From Candidatus Hodarchaeota archaeon (lineage in GTDB: Archaea > Asgardarchaeota > Lokiarchaeia > Sigyniarchaeales > SOKP01), in the NCBI GenBank assembly GCA_048887225.1, contig JBHLJY010000003.1, positions 32,001 through 96,000 on the forward strand: a DNA stretch of 64,000 bases, in the 5' to 3' direction. The notes beneath the pieces were generated by a model. That model was not told where the DNA came from, did no database searches, and worked only from the letters and a program-made list of their open reading frames with translations. Positions within the stretch are counted from its first letter, which is position 1. Each line of letters opens with the position of its first letter. The translations under genes and the position numbers were made by a program. Shown one piece after another: positions 10,019 through 19,422 of this stretch.

Positions 10019-10678
10019 ATGGACTCAGCGATTGTATCTTGGAGCGGAGGTAAAGATAGTGCATTAGCGCTTTATTATTTACTTTTAGAAAAAAAATATG
10101 AGGTTAAAACTTTGTTAACCACCGTCTCCGCCGATTATAATCGAATAAGTATTCATGGAGTAAGAAGGAAATTATTAGAAAAGCAAAGCCAATCAATCGG
10201 GATACCCGTTCATATAATCTCACTTCCCAAAGATGTTAGTAATAATGAATACGAGGAAATTATGAGAAATGAAATGATTAAATTTAAAACTCAACAAGTT
10301 AAAAATGTAGCTTTTGGAGATGTATTCTTAGAAGATATACGTGAGTATCGAGAATCCAACCTTTACAAGATAGGTATGAACACAATATTTCCACTCTGGG
10401 GCATTCATTCAAAAGTTTTAGCGAAAAAATTCATAGATCTTGGTTTTAGAGCTATAATAACATGCGTGGATTCAACGGTCCTTGAATATCCTTTTGTAGG
10501 TCAATTTTTTGATGATGATTTTTTATCATCAATCCCCTCTAATGTTGATCCCTGTGGTGAAAATGGAGAATTCCATACATTTGTTTTCGATGGGCCAATA
10601 TTCTCTTATCCAATACAATTTGAAAAAGGGGAAGTTGTATTTAGGGATGAGCGCTTTTATTTCATTGACCTTCAATAA
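10019..10678 (+). CDS. PP-loop ATP pyrophosphatase, diphthine-ammonia ligase (Dph6/DUF71) family
   Basis: SWSGGKDS, FGDVFL, FPLWG, DPCGENGEFHTFVFDGP. Confidence 0.9.
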   Translation: MDSAIVSWSGGKDSALALYYLLLEKKYEVKTLLTTVSADYNRISIHGVRRKLLEKQSQSIGIPVHIISLPKDVSNNEYEEIMRNEMIKFKTQQVKNVAFGDVFLEDIREYRESNLYKIGMNTIFPLWGIHSKVLAKKFIDLGFRAIITCVDSTVLEYPFVGQFFDDDFLSSIPSNVDPCGENGEFHTFVFDGPIFSYPIQFEKGEVVFRDERFYFIDLQ

Positions 10679-10691
10679 ATTTAACTTAGTA

Positions 10692-10787
10692 CTATTGCTC
10701 TGGAAATAATAGTTCCAATTTATATTCTCTTGCCATTTTAATGATCTTTTCATCGACCCCAATATTTCCAAAAGTACGAGTTTCCAT
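10692..10787 (-). pseudogene. 31-codon ORF with perfect SD; probable internally deleted remnant of an aldo/keto reductase gene
   Basis: GAGGTGAT-TTA-ATG, then METRTFGNIGVDEKIIKMAREYKLELLFPEQ*. The first 10 residues resemble the aldo/keto reductase start M-E-x-R-x-(L/F)-G-x-x-G. Confidence 0.45.
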
Positions 10788-10842
10788 TAAATCACCTCAC
10801 ATTTGTTATTTGAAATTATCTTGAAAATAAAAATAAAATAAT

Positions 10843-12297
10843 TTAAAGTTCAAACTCTTTTAATTTAGCTTTATTAGCGGCAACTTTGTCGGGCGTAAGA
10901 TCATACCATTTCCAAAAGATTAATGTACAAACGATTACTAGAATGGCTGGAATTAGAGCAGCATGCATACGAATTCCTAATAGTGCTAATTCAGGTGTTG
11001 GACTCTTAGCAAATAAATCTGCTCTGTCTATAGAACCTTCAACAAATCCTGTTAAAATGTGTACAATAGCAAATACAAGTGCTTGAACTACAAGGCTAAG
11101 CCTAATAAAGAACGTTTGGTATCCGTAATATATCTCATCTTGCCTTTTTCCTATATTCACTGCCGCATCGTCAAGCACATCAGCCATTGCTGGATAGTCT
11201 GCGAACCATTGACCACCAAGTCCAATGCCAAATAGAAATATAGCAATTATGAAGAAGATTATTCCAATTACAAAGAAAATAGGTAGAAAAGTGATAAACA
11301 TCACGAAACCTGCAATTACACATATTTTTTTATTGTTATTTAATTTATGAGACAATTTTAACCAGAATGGTATTGAGATAAAAGCTCCTAAGAGCATGAT
11401 CCCCATAAGGACACTTAAGAACCATGCTTCCATATCTATAACAAAAATTATCATATAGAGTGCTGATGCTGCTAATAAAGCTACTGCGGCTTGATATCCA
11501 AAAAAAATTAACATCTTAAGCATGAATCTTTTATTAGTAATTACACTTTTAGCTACTTTACTAAAAGATTCACGTTTTTCTTCTCTCTCTTTAAGTAATC
11601 TCTCTTGGTGTCGCGCTCTGGTTTTTTTACTTTCTCTTATACCTGGAATCATTAAACAAAAAATTACCATTCCAACTCCGATAAGTACCCACGCTTGAAT
11701 ACGGAATGTCTCAGGTACTCCAAATTCAATAAATAATGGAGGGATTATTGATGAGGCAACGATCCCTGTCATCCCTATGATTGTTCCCATACCTGAAGCC
11801 GTTCTTCGTTCAGCTTGCCCAGGAAATTTATCGGGATACATCGATCGTACATTAATATCCCATAAAGTAAAGAGAGTGTCATAAAGGCAAATACTTACTA
11901 ATAACCAGATAAAAATTATCCATTGATCTTCAATTGGATCTAAATTGAAAGGAACTAAAAAAACCATTAAGTAAGTGAACAGCCATGGGATTCCTCCGAT
12001 GATCACCCATGGAAATCTTCTTCCCCATTTTCTTTCCCATGGCATATGTAATCGATTCATAATAAAACCAATAAGCGGATCGTTTATTGCATTCCAAATT
12101 GAGTATAAGATAAAAGCCAAAGCAACTAATCCTACAAATAAGCCGATTTGCACCTCGTAGAAAATAAATACATACATTCCAAAAGGACCAGTAATCCATT
12201 GACCAAAAAATTGATACATACTATAGCTTGCTGTATTAACTTTGGAACATTCATAAATCTCCTTGTCGATTATACTATTATTCTTTAAATTACTCAT
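10843..12297 (-). CDS. MFS transporter, GPH (MelB/Na+:glycoside) family
   Basis: IWNAINDPLIG...WGRRFPW motif and about 12 TM helices. Confidence 0.9.
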   Translation of the reverse strand: MSNLKNNSIIDKEIYECSKVNTASYSMYQFFGQWITGPFGMYVFIFYEVQIGLFVGLVALAFILYSIWNAINDPLIGFIMNRLHMPWERKWGRRFPWVIIGGIPWLFTYLMVFLVPFNLDPIEDQWIIFIWLLVSICLYDTLFTLWDINVRSMYPDKFPGQAERRTASGMGTIIGMTGIVASSIIPPLFIEFGVPETFRIQAWVLIGVGMVIFCLMIPGIRESKKTRARHQERLLKEREEKRESFSKVAKSVITNKRFMLKMLIFFGYQAAVALLAASALYMIIFVIDMEAWFLSVLMGIMLLGAFISIPFWLKLSHKLNNNKKICVIAGFVMFITFLPIFFVIGIIFFIIAIFLFGIGLGGQWFADYPAMADVLDDAAVNIGKRQDEIYYGYQTFFIRLSLVVQALVFAIVHILTGFVEGSIDRADLFAKSPTPELALLGIRMHAALIPAILVIVCTLIFWKWYDLTPDKVAANKAKLKEFEL

Positions 12298-12473
12298 TGT
12301 GGACCTCTTATTGAGTTAAAAATATCATGTTTACTAAAATGAATCAATTTTTACACTTTTTTAATTTGATTCTTTAAAATTATTCTGTTAAAGAGTTATT
12401 TAAATTTTTTTTAGAATTATTATAAATATCTTGTTTTTAGTCTTTTAATGAACTAATAAAAGTTGGCAAAAAA

Positions 12474-13493
12474 ATGGGTAAACAAAACGAAATTATTGAG
12501 CCATCAAATTTATTTCAAAAAGATGGCTCACTTATGCAAAGAGGATGGGCGCGAAAACCAATCTTAACCTATAACAGGGAAGATATTAGAGCAAAAAAAT
12601 ATAGAATTAAAGAATGGGATCACTATTCAATTTTAAATAAAGAGTATGGATTTCAGATAACAATCGCCGATATTGGGTATTTAAGATTGTTGGGATTTGT
12701 ATGGCTCGATTTTATAAATCACGTTAGATTTGGCAAGGATATTATTCAACTTTTCAAACATATAGATTTACCAAGAAGCTCCTTAGAAGAAAGTGATATT
12801 ATTTTTCCTAGTAAAAAACTGAGTGCAAGAATTTCCACTCGTAAAAGAAAAAGAGCTATTACGATTGATTATCCAAAATTTTATAATAAAGGATTAAAAG
12901 GTGAAATAATCCTTTATGATGAGCCCAAGTCTGATAACACTGTCGTTGTAACGGGCTACGACAATCCTAAAATGTTTTATTATAATCATAAAATTAATTA
13001 TATGCCTGCAGAAGGTATAATGCAATTGGGCAATAAATCTTATAATTTCCACCCAGAAACTTCTTTTGGGCTTTTGGATTGGGGGCGAGGTGTATGGCCA
13101 TACCGAACACATTGGTTATGGGGTTCCGCCTGTGGCAAAGTAGATGGTGTCCCTGTTGCTTTTAATCTTGGGTATGGTTTTGGAGATCTGTCAACTCATA
13201 CGGAAAATATCGTTTTTTACGATGGAAAAGCCCACAAAATTGATGAGATTACATTTCATCACGAGAATCGAGATCCAAAAAAAACTTGGCAAGTTTCTAG
13301 TAATGATAGTAGAATCAATATGGTCTTGAAACCGCTTATTCCACATAAAGCAAAATTAAATTTTGGAATTATTATGTCAAATACTTCATTACTTCATGGG
13401 CTATATAGCGGAGATATAGTTCTAGATAATGGTGAGAAAATACACATTGATGAGATGCTGGGGCACGCTGAGGATATTTACTGGAAATGGTAA
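12474..13493 (+). CDS. DUF2804-family protein (tocopherol cyclase/CrtC-like beta fold)
   Basis: GWAR, RIKEWDHY, LDWGRGVWPYRTHWLW, NLGYGFGD, TEN. Confidence 0.8.
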   Translation: MGKQNEIIEPSNLFQKDGSLMQRGWARKPILTYNREDIRAKKYRIKEWDHYSILNKEYGFQITIADIGYLRLLGFVWLDFINHVRFGKDIIQLFKHIDLPRSSLEESDIIFPSKKLSARISTRKRKRAITIDYPKFYNKGLKGEIILYDEPKSDNTVVVTGYDNPKMFYYNHKINYMPAEGIMQLGNKSYNFHPETSFGLLDWGRGVWPYRTHWLWGSACGKVDGVPVAFNLGYGFGDLSTHTENIVFYDGKAHKIDEITFHHENRDPKKTWQVSSNDSRINMVLKPLIPHKAKLNFGIIMSNTSLLHGLYSGDIVLDNGEKIHIDEMLGHAEDIYWKW

Positions 13494-13537
13494 AAGAAAA
13501 ATTTTATATCAATTAATAAAATCAGAAATAGAAGATT

Positions 13538-14161
13538 TTAACTCTCTATAATAAAGATCTTTTCAAATACTTCAGGTAAGGCATCAACGATTTTTCGTCG
13601 CAGTGTTCGAGTGAAAATCAAGGCAACGACTGCACTTAAACCAAATTGAATTATCCCATTTAAGAAAAATTCAAATAGTGCTGCGGGGAATCCAAATAAT
13701 ATAAATTCATAAACAAAATAACCTAATACCATAATAAGTCCTCCAAATACCACCGCTATTATATCTCTATAACTGAATTTTGGATAATTTTTTCTAGGAT
13801 TCGCAATTACTCCGATAATAAATCCTTCTAAACCTTTAATAATTAAAGTTGCTGGAGCATAGATAGTATAACCTGTAATTATATCGGCCAAAGCAGAACC
13901 AACTCCTCCAGCGATTCCACCAATAACAGGCCCTAATAATAATCCTGTGATCATTACTCCTATATCTCCAATGTTAATAAATCCTTTTGTAGCAGGAATA
14001 GGAATCTGAATAACAATTGTTAACACACAAATTAAAGCACCAAAAATACCAATCATTGCAAGAGATACAGAATTCATTGGCAAAAAATATCCCATAAAAT
14101 CTTTTCCTTTAGATGGAATGTATCTTTTTTCTTTTTCTTCTCCTTTGCTTTCATTCTTCAT
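13538..14161 (-). CDS. ECF transporter S component
   Basis: IPIPATKGFINIGD...GGVGSALADI...APATLIIKGLEG, about 6 TM helices. Confidence 0.9.
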   Translation of the reverse strand: MKNESKGEEKEKRYIPSKGKDFMGYFLPMNSVSLAMIGIFGALICVLTIVIQIPIPATKGFINIGDIGVMITGLLLGPVIGGIAGGVGSALADIITGYTIYAPATLIIKGLEGFIIGVIANPRKNYPKFSYRDIIAVVFGGLIMVLGYFVYEFILFGFPAALFEFFLNGIIQFGLSAVVALIFTRTLRRKIVDALPEVFEKIFIIES

Positions 14162-14317
14162 TTTTCAGAAAAATTTTTGATCTTATATAAGTTTAATCCT
14201 TCTCGCAATCAATGTGAGCTTAAATTAAAGGTTCTTTTTTTAGTAATTAAAAAATCTTTAATATTTATTGCAATCTTTAATACTTATTAAAAAATAAAAT
14301 ACAGAAATTGATAAAAA

Positions 14318-15076
14318 ATTATTGGATGGATAATACTATTTAGTTTTTTAGGGAGTGTTGGTGCTATTTGTGCAGCAGCTAGCTTTGTTTTTTTGGGAGA
14401 GAAATATCAAAAAATGCTTGTGCCCATTCTTATAGCATTTGCTACGGGAATACTTCTTGCTGCTGCATTATTAGGTCTAATACCCGAAGCTATTGAAGAA
14501 ATGGGTGAGGAACCACATGCGATTATGCCATTTATTTTGGGAGGTATTTTGTTCTTCTTTTTCATGGAAAAGATTGTGATATGGAGAAATTGTCGAGATA
14601 ATACTTGTGAGGTTCATTCACATGCCTCAGGCCCTATTATACTTATTGGAGACTCCTTACATAATTTATCAGATGGAGTTGTAATAGCAGCTGCCTTTTT
14701 AATTGATTTTGCCCTTGGTATAGCAGCTGGTATTACAATTTTAATTCATGAATTAGCTCATGAGACAGGAGATTTTGGTATCTTACTTCATACAGGATAT
14801 TCAAAAAAGAAAGCTTTTACATATAATATAGTTTCGAGCGCAACTACAATACCTGCCGCAATAATAGGTTATTATTTGTTGACTCCGTTTCTTTTTATTG
14901 TTCCCTTTTTGTTAGCTATCGCAGCAGCAAGTTTTATTTACATTGCATTAACAGATCTAACTCCTGAACTCCATAAACATACTAGTTTAAAGTATAGCAT
15001 TCGTCAATTAATCCTAATTTTAGCAGGAATTTTTACAATGTTCATATTATTATCGCTAAGCGGGCAAGCACACTAA
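14318..15076 (+). CDS. ZIP-family Zn/Fe permease; first TM helix lies upstream of the TTG at 14393
   Basis: AFATGILL, GDSLHNLSDG, HELAHETGDFG. The frame stays open upstream to TAA at 14312 and encodes IIGWIILFSFLGSVGAICAAASFVFL; inferred ATT start at 14318. Confidence 0.9.
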   Translation: MIGWIILFSFLGSVGAICAAASFVFLGEKYQKMLVPILIAFATGILLAAALLGLIPEAIEEMGEEPHAIMPFILGGILFFFFMEKIVIWRNCRDNTCEVHSHASGPIILIGDSLHNLSDGVVIAAAFLIDFALGIAAGITILIHELAHETGDFGILLHTGYSKKKAFTYNIVSSATTIPAAIIGYYLLTPFLFIVPFLLAIAAASFIYIALTDLTPELHKHTSLKYSIRQLILILAGIFTMFILLSLSGQAH

Positions 15077-15233
15077 TAACATCTAGTAGGTGCTACTGTG
15101 AGGAAGACCTCTAGATATATCATAAAAGAGCGTAATTAAAATGATAATAAATCGTATGTCAATAGACTTATTAACTCTACATCATTATACAATAAAAATA
15201 TATTATATATCTACATAGTATTTAGTTTTTGTT

Positions 15234-15347
15234 ATGAAAGAGAAAACTTCAAATTTATTGTTGGGTATTGCCGGAGGAATAATCATTCTTATTATTGTAA
15301 TTACCATTATTGTGATAATATTCCAACTCGTAAGAAAGTATCTCTAA
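15234..15347 (+). CDS. Unannotated 37-aa single-TM microprotein MKEKTSNLLLGIAGGIIILIIVITIIVIIFQLVRKYL
   Basis: Hand-translated ATG to TAA; 23-residue hydrophobic helix with a GxxxG-like start, flanked by basic residues. Confidence 0.55.
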   Translation: MKEKTSNLLLGIAGGIIILIIVITIIVIIFQLVRKYL

Positions 15348-15396
15348 AAAAATAAACCTTTTTTTAAAAAAAGAATAAAAATTGGAACTTTTTAGT

Positions 15397-15873
15397 TTAT
15401 TTAAGAATTTCATTAGAAGCATATGCTGTTAAGATCTTTCCAAAAAACACATGATGGCTCGCCATACTTCCAGAGCCACATTCATGAACAACTTTGCATT
15501 CATAACTTAGAATACAGTCTTTAATTGTAGGTACTTTAGTTCTTTTTCCCTCAATGATTTCTAGTCCTGCCTCTTTAAATTTATCCGTATTTCTACCTGA
15601 GGATGTTCCAGCAGTATTTATAGCATGTTCAATTTTATTCGAAGGAATATTTATCGTAAATTCATTTATTTGGTTTAATAATTCAAAGGTATAACGACTT
15701 GGTGCGACTGCAGCAGTAATTATAGGAATCATCCACAGCTCTCCTATCGTTTTCCATAACAAAGCCATAACATTTGGATTTCCATTTTTATCAATAGTAC
15801 ACATCAACGCTGCTTTAGACATAAAATATTCAATGTACTCATATGGCCTAATTTCTTTCCTATTTTCTGACAT
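15397..15873 (-). CDS. Flavin reductase-like FMN-binding split-barrel protein
   Basis: PNVM, PSRYT, EFTINIP, GTSSGRNTDKF, ECKV, HHVFFG. Confidence 0.85.
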   Translation of the reverse strand: MSENRKEIRPYEYIEYFMSKAALMCTIDKNGNPNVMALLWKTIGELWMIPIITAAVAPSRYTFELLNQINEFTINIPSNKIEHAINTAGTSSGRNTDKFKEAGLEIIEGKRTKVPTIKDCILSYECKVVHECGSGSMASHHVFFGKILTAYASNEILK

Positions 15874-15965
15874 AATTTATCTGATTATTAAATTTAAATC
15901 AATTATAATATTAATTGAAACAAATATCATTTAAAATTTATTAAAATAAAAAGCGACGATGTATT

Positions 15966-16925
15966 ATGAGTCCAGACCTAATAAGTTTAGGTGAACTCCT
16001 AGTTGAGATTATGCGAACAGAAGTAAATATTCCTCACGGAGATATTGGTGCAAAATATAAGGGCCCATTTCCAAGCGGAGCCCCAGCGATTTTTATTAAT
16101 TCTGCTGCTCGTATGGGAAAACCATTCAATATAACAACTGGTTTTATCGGTGTTATTGGAAACGATGAATTTGGAGCAGCAATCGTTAATAAACTAAAAA
16201 GAGATGGAGTAGATATCTCTCAAATTAGAATTGCTAAAGATAAAACAACGGGAATAGCTTTTAATCAATATAATTCTGATGGTTCAAGAAAATTTATTTT
16301 TGCTGCAGGGGCTGCTGGTGAAACAAATCCTACAGATATTAAAAAAGAATATTTTAAAAATATCAAAGGTCTCCATATAATGGGCAGTGGGCTTTCAATA
16401 AGCGAAAATTCACGAGAGGCTTGTTATAAGGCAATTAAGATAGCGAAAGAACAAAACCCTGAAGTAATTATTTCATTTGATCCTAATTTACGACCCGAAA
16501 TGCTAAATCTGGATACAATTATTAAAATCTGTGAACCTGTTTTAGAAACCACTACTATATTACTTCCCAGCGGGAAAGAAGCTGAAATGTTGGCAGGAGT
16601 TAGTGGAGAAATTGAAGCATGTGAAGAGTTATTAGATATGGGACCTAAAATCATTGTGTTGAAACAGCATAAAGAGGGTTGTACAATTTTCACTCACGAT
16701 AATAGAGATGGAATCAAGGTATCGGGATTTAAAGTAAACGAAATAGATCCAACAGGTGCAGGAGATTCATTTGGAGGCGCATTTGTCGTGGGATATTTAG
16801 CTGGATGGGATTTAAAGAAAGCGGCAGAATTTGCAAATGCTATTGGTGCTTTAAAAGTAGAATTTTTCGGGCCTATGCCTGAAACTACTTATGAAGAGGC
16901 TATTAGTTTATTAGAAAAAGCTTAA
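15966..16925 (+). CDS. PfkB-family carbohydrate kinase
   Basis: GELLVE, SGAPA, FDPNLRP, DPTGAGDSFGG, ANAIGA. Confidence 0.9.
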   Translation: MSPDLISLGELLVEIMRTEVNIPHGDIGAKYKGPFPSGAPAIFINSAARMGKPFNITTGFIGVIGNDEFGAAIVNKLKRDGVDISQIRIAKDKTTGIAFNQYNSDGSRKFIFAAGAAGETNPTDIKKEYFKNIKGLHIMGSGLSISENSREACYKAIKIAKEQNPEVIISFDPNLRPEMLNLDTIIKICEPVLETTTILLPSGKEAEMLAGVSGEIEACEELLDMGPKIIVLKQHKEGCTIFTHDNRDGIKVSGFKVNEIDPTGAGDSFGGAFVVGYLAGWDLKKAAEFANAIGALKVEFFGPMPETTYEEAISLLEKA

Positions 16926-16939
16926 TATATAAATTCTCT

Positions 16940-18979
16940 TTAATATCTTATCTTGTCTTCAAGCTCCATTTTTGAGCGAAAGGTTTTTGGCAGATCAATT
17001 AAATATAAAGAATATACATCTGCTGCTACTATTTGATTGCTTTTTATTTTATAGTATCTAAATCCTGGAGCTTTAAACTTATATTTTAATGATATAGGTC
17101 CAACTGCCTGAGTTTGAAATACAAAAGGTTTATCTACATCAAACCAAATTTTTAATTCTTTTAAATCTCGGAATTTTTTGAAAAAATCTCTATATCTATT
17201 AGTATATATTTCACAAGGAATCCTTATGTATATTGGGAAAAAGAAATACCCAAAATTAATTCTTTCAGGTTCCCTTGCCTCTTTTAATCTAAATTCTTTA
17301 AGAGTGTGAGTATGACCACAGAGTACCAGATCTACTTTTCTTCTGATGATTTTATCTGATCCTGTAAAAATTTTTAGTAGTGTGGCCCAATTATACATAA
17401 TAGTCTGATATTTTAAGTTTAATAAACGATCTACTCTAGGATCTCCTAAATATTTCTCCAAATTATTTTCGTAAAAATCTCTCCATTCTATTTTTCGTTC
17501 TAATTTAAATATCCGTTTGAATTTCCTTTGTTTTAACATATTAAGGCTGGGAGATATTGGAGGCGTGTGCATAACAATAATAATTTTTTCATTATGAGCT
17601 AATCTTATATACGATCTTAATAAATCGACTTGGTAATCTTTTATTCCTTTAGTAGATGGTCCACCGCTTAATAGATCATGTATATCCGCAATAGAATCGT
17701 GTCCTGTATCAATAAAAATAAAATTATATTCATCCCCAATTTTCAATATATAGTTCAAATTAGGATTTAAATATTTGAAATAATCTTTTATGAACTTATC
17801 CTTTGATCTTATAACTGTAAAATAGTTAAAGAACTTAATATCGTAATATCCTTTAATATCTTTACGTCTCATTCCAAAAATCTTATGTGCTTTTGCTATT
17901 CTTAAACTGTAATGGCCCTTACGATAATCGTGGTTGCCAACTAGAGTAAAAATTGGGGCTAAAATTTCTTCTTTATTGATATATTCCTCTTCAGTAAAAT
18001 ATGGATATTTATCCAATCCCCTATTTATGCCAAGTAAGATTTCAATAAACACGAGAAAATTATTTTCATATTGATAATTTCCTCTCGCTATATCAATATA
18101 ATCAACTAGATCACCTGTCATTAGAACAAAATCCAGTTTTTTTTCTTTAACTCTCTCATTAATATAATTAATTAATTTTCTTATGTTTTGATTGAAATTA
18201 TACTTCGCATAGCGTAATTTTTCAATATTTCCTGTCTGAAATTCTTTCCTAAATTCGAAATCTCTCGTTAAAATAAAATAAGCATTGCTGGAAATTTTCT
18301 TTTTCTGGCTTCTATATCTTTTAATTCTATCTTTAGCCTTATCCTTTAAAAATTTCGCAATAAAATCGTTCCTACGAGCAACATGAAAATCTGTGGCATG
18401 AATAAAATTAAAATCAGCCCAATCTTTATCGAAAAAAGCAATTGCGTGATAATTAATTTTATTTTCAATTAAATTTGGAATTTCGTGAATGATATCAAAT
18501 ATTAAAGAAGATCTATTAGTCTTAATTAAAAGTTCACGAATCTTTTTAACGTCTTTTACTTGAAATTTGATTTTATAAAGAACATCTCTCTCTCCAAAAA
18601 GGTCGTCAATCTGCAATAATGTATTAAAGATATCCCACACCATACAATGCTCTTTTTTTAATACACCATTTTCTCTAAAATCTAATTTCTTTATTTTATT
18701 AATCTCTTGTATTTGTAAAGGATATCTTTCACCTCTTCTTTTGGTAAATTCACCTCTTTCTTTTACAATAGGTTGAATATAAATATTCAAGTGATAAGAT
18801 TGTAGAATTTCTTTAGTGCTCTGCCCTGGAATTGCAATTATTAAGGCATCAAAAATAACTTTTTTTTTAAACGCTCCGCTCTCGTCCATAAAATCTCTTA
18901 AGTTTATCAAAATAGGCTGTCCAAAATTTGGCTGTATAATTATAGGATATTTGCCTTTTCTCAGATCTAAATTATACAT
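16940..18979 (-). CDS. Large calcineurin-like metallophosphoesterase
   Basis: DFH, GDLVD, GNHD, MHTP and GHTH motifs in order, with long basic insertions. Confidence 0.85.
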   Translation of the reverse strand: MYNLDLRKGKYPIIIQPNFGQPILINLRDFMDESGAFKKKVIFDALIIAIPGQSTKEILQSYHLNIYIQPIVKERGEFTKRRGERYPLQIQEINKIKKLDFRENGVLKKEHCMVWDIFNTLLQIDDLFGERDVLYKIKFQVKDVKKIRELLIKTNRSSLIFDIIHEIPNLIENKINYHAIAFFDKDWADFNFIHATDFHVARRNDFIAKFLKDKAKDRIKRYRSQKKKISSNAYFILTRDFEFRKEFQTGNIEKLRYAKYNFNQNIRKLINYINERVKEKKLDFVLMTGDLVDYIDIARGNYQYENNFLVFIEILLGINRGLDKYPYFTEEEYINKEEILAPIFTLVGNHDYRKGHYSLRIAKAHKIFGMRRKDIKGYYDIKFFNYFTVIRSKDKFIKDYFKYLNPNLNYILKIGDEYNFIFIDTGHDSIADIHDLLSGGPSTKGIKDYQVDLLRSYIRLAHNEKIIIVMHTPPISPSLNMLKQRKFKRIFKLERKIEWRDFYENNLEKYLGDPRVDRLLNLKYQTIMYNWATLLKIFTGSDKIIRRKVDLVLCGHTHTLKEFRLKEAREPERINFGYFFFPIYIRIPCEIYTNRYRDFFKKFRDLKELKIWFDVDKPFVFQTQAVGPISLKYKFKAPGFRYYKIKSNQIVAADVYSLYLIDLPKTFRSKMELEDKIRY

Positions 18980-19124
18980 TTTTTTAGAGATTTTATTGAC
19001 TTAATTGTTATTTGTTATATTATTACGAAATATTTACAAAATAATTAAGGTTTATAATAATCAAACTATTTCATGATTAAGAATTAAAAACTTATTAGCA
19101 GTTAATTTTTCAGGGGAAATAATC

Positions 19125-19232
19125 ATATCCGAAGAAGAAGAAAAAAGAGAAGAAGAAATTTTTATGAAGTATATTAAAGAATTAGAAAAATTGATTAAAG
19201 AGCAAGTTGATCAAGATAACGATAGATTCTGA
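19125..19232 (+). CDS. Possible 35-aa acidic micro-ORF (I/M)SEEEEKREEEIFMKYIKELEKLIKEQVDQDNDRF
   Basis: Purine-rich, codon-like stretch in an otherwise T-rich intergenic region. Would need an ATA start or the internal ATG. Confidence 0.3.
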   Translation: MSEEEEKREEEIFMKYIKELEKLIKEQVDQDNDRF

Positions 19233-19422
19233 GAAAGTTGTCAAAAAAGTATTGGTTATTTCCTTAGACTTTTTTAGAAGAATAATTGATGGCTCTTTTT
19301 TTATTCAAACAAGAATGGATAATATGAGAAAAATTATAATCACATCCTTTTTTTGATTAATTTTTTATTTTAATAGATTATAATACCAAAATATTCAAAA
19401 AGAATATAAACGATATAAAAAT

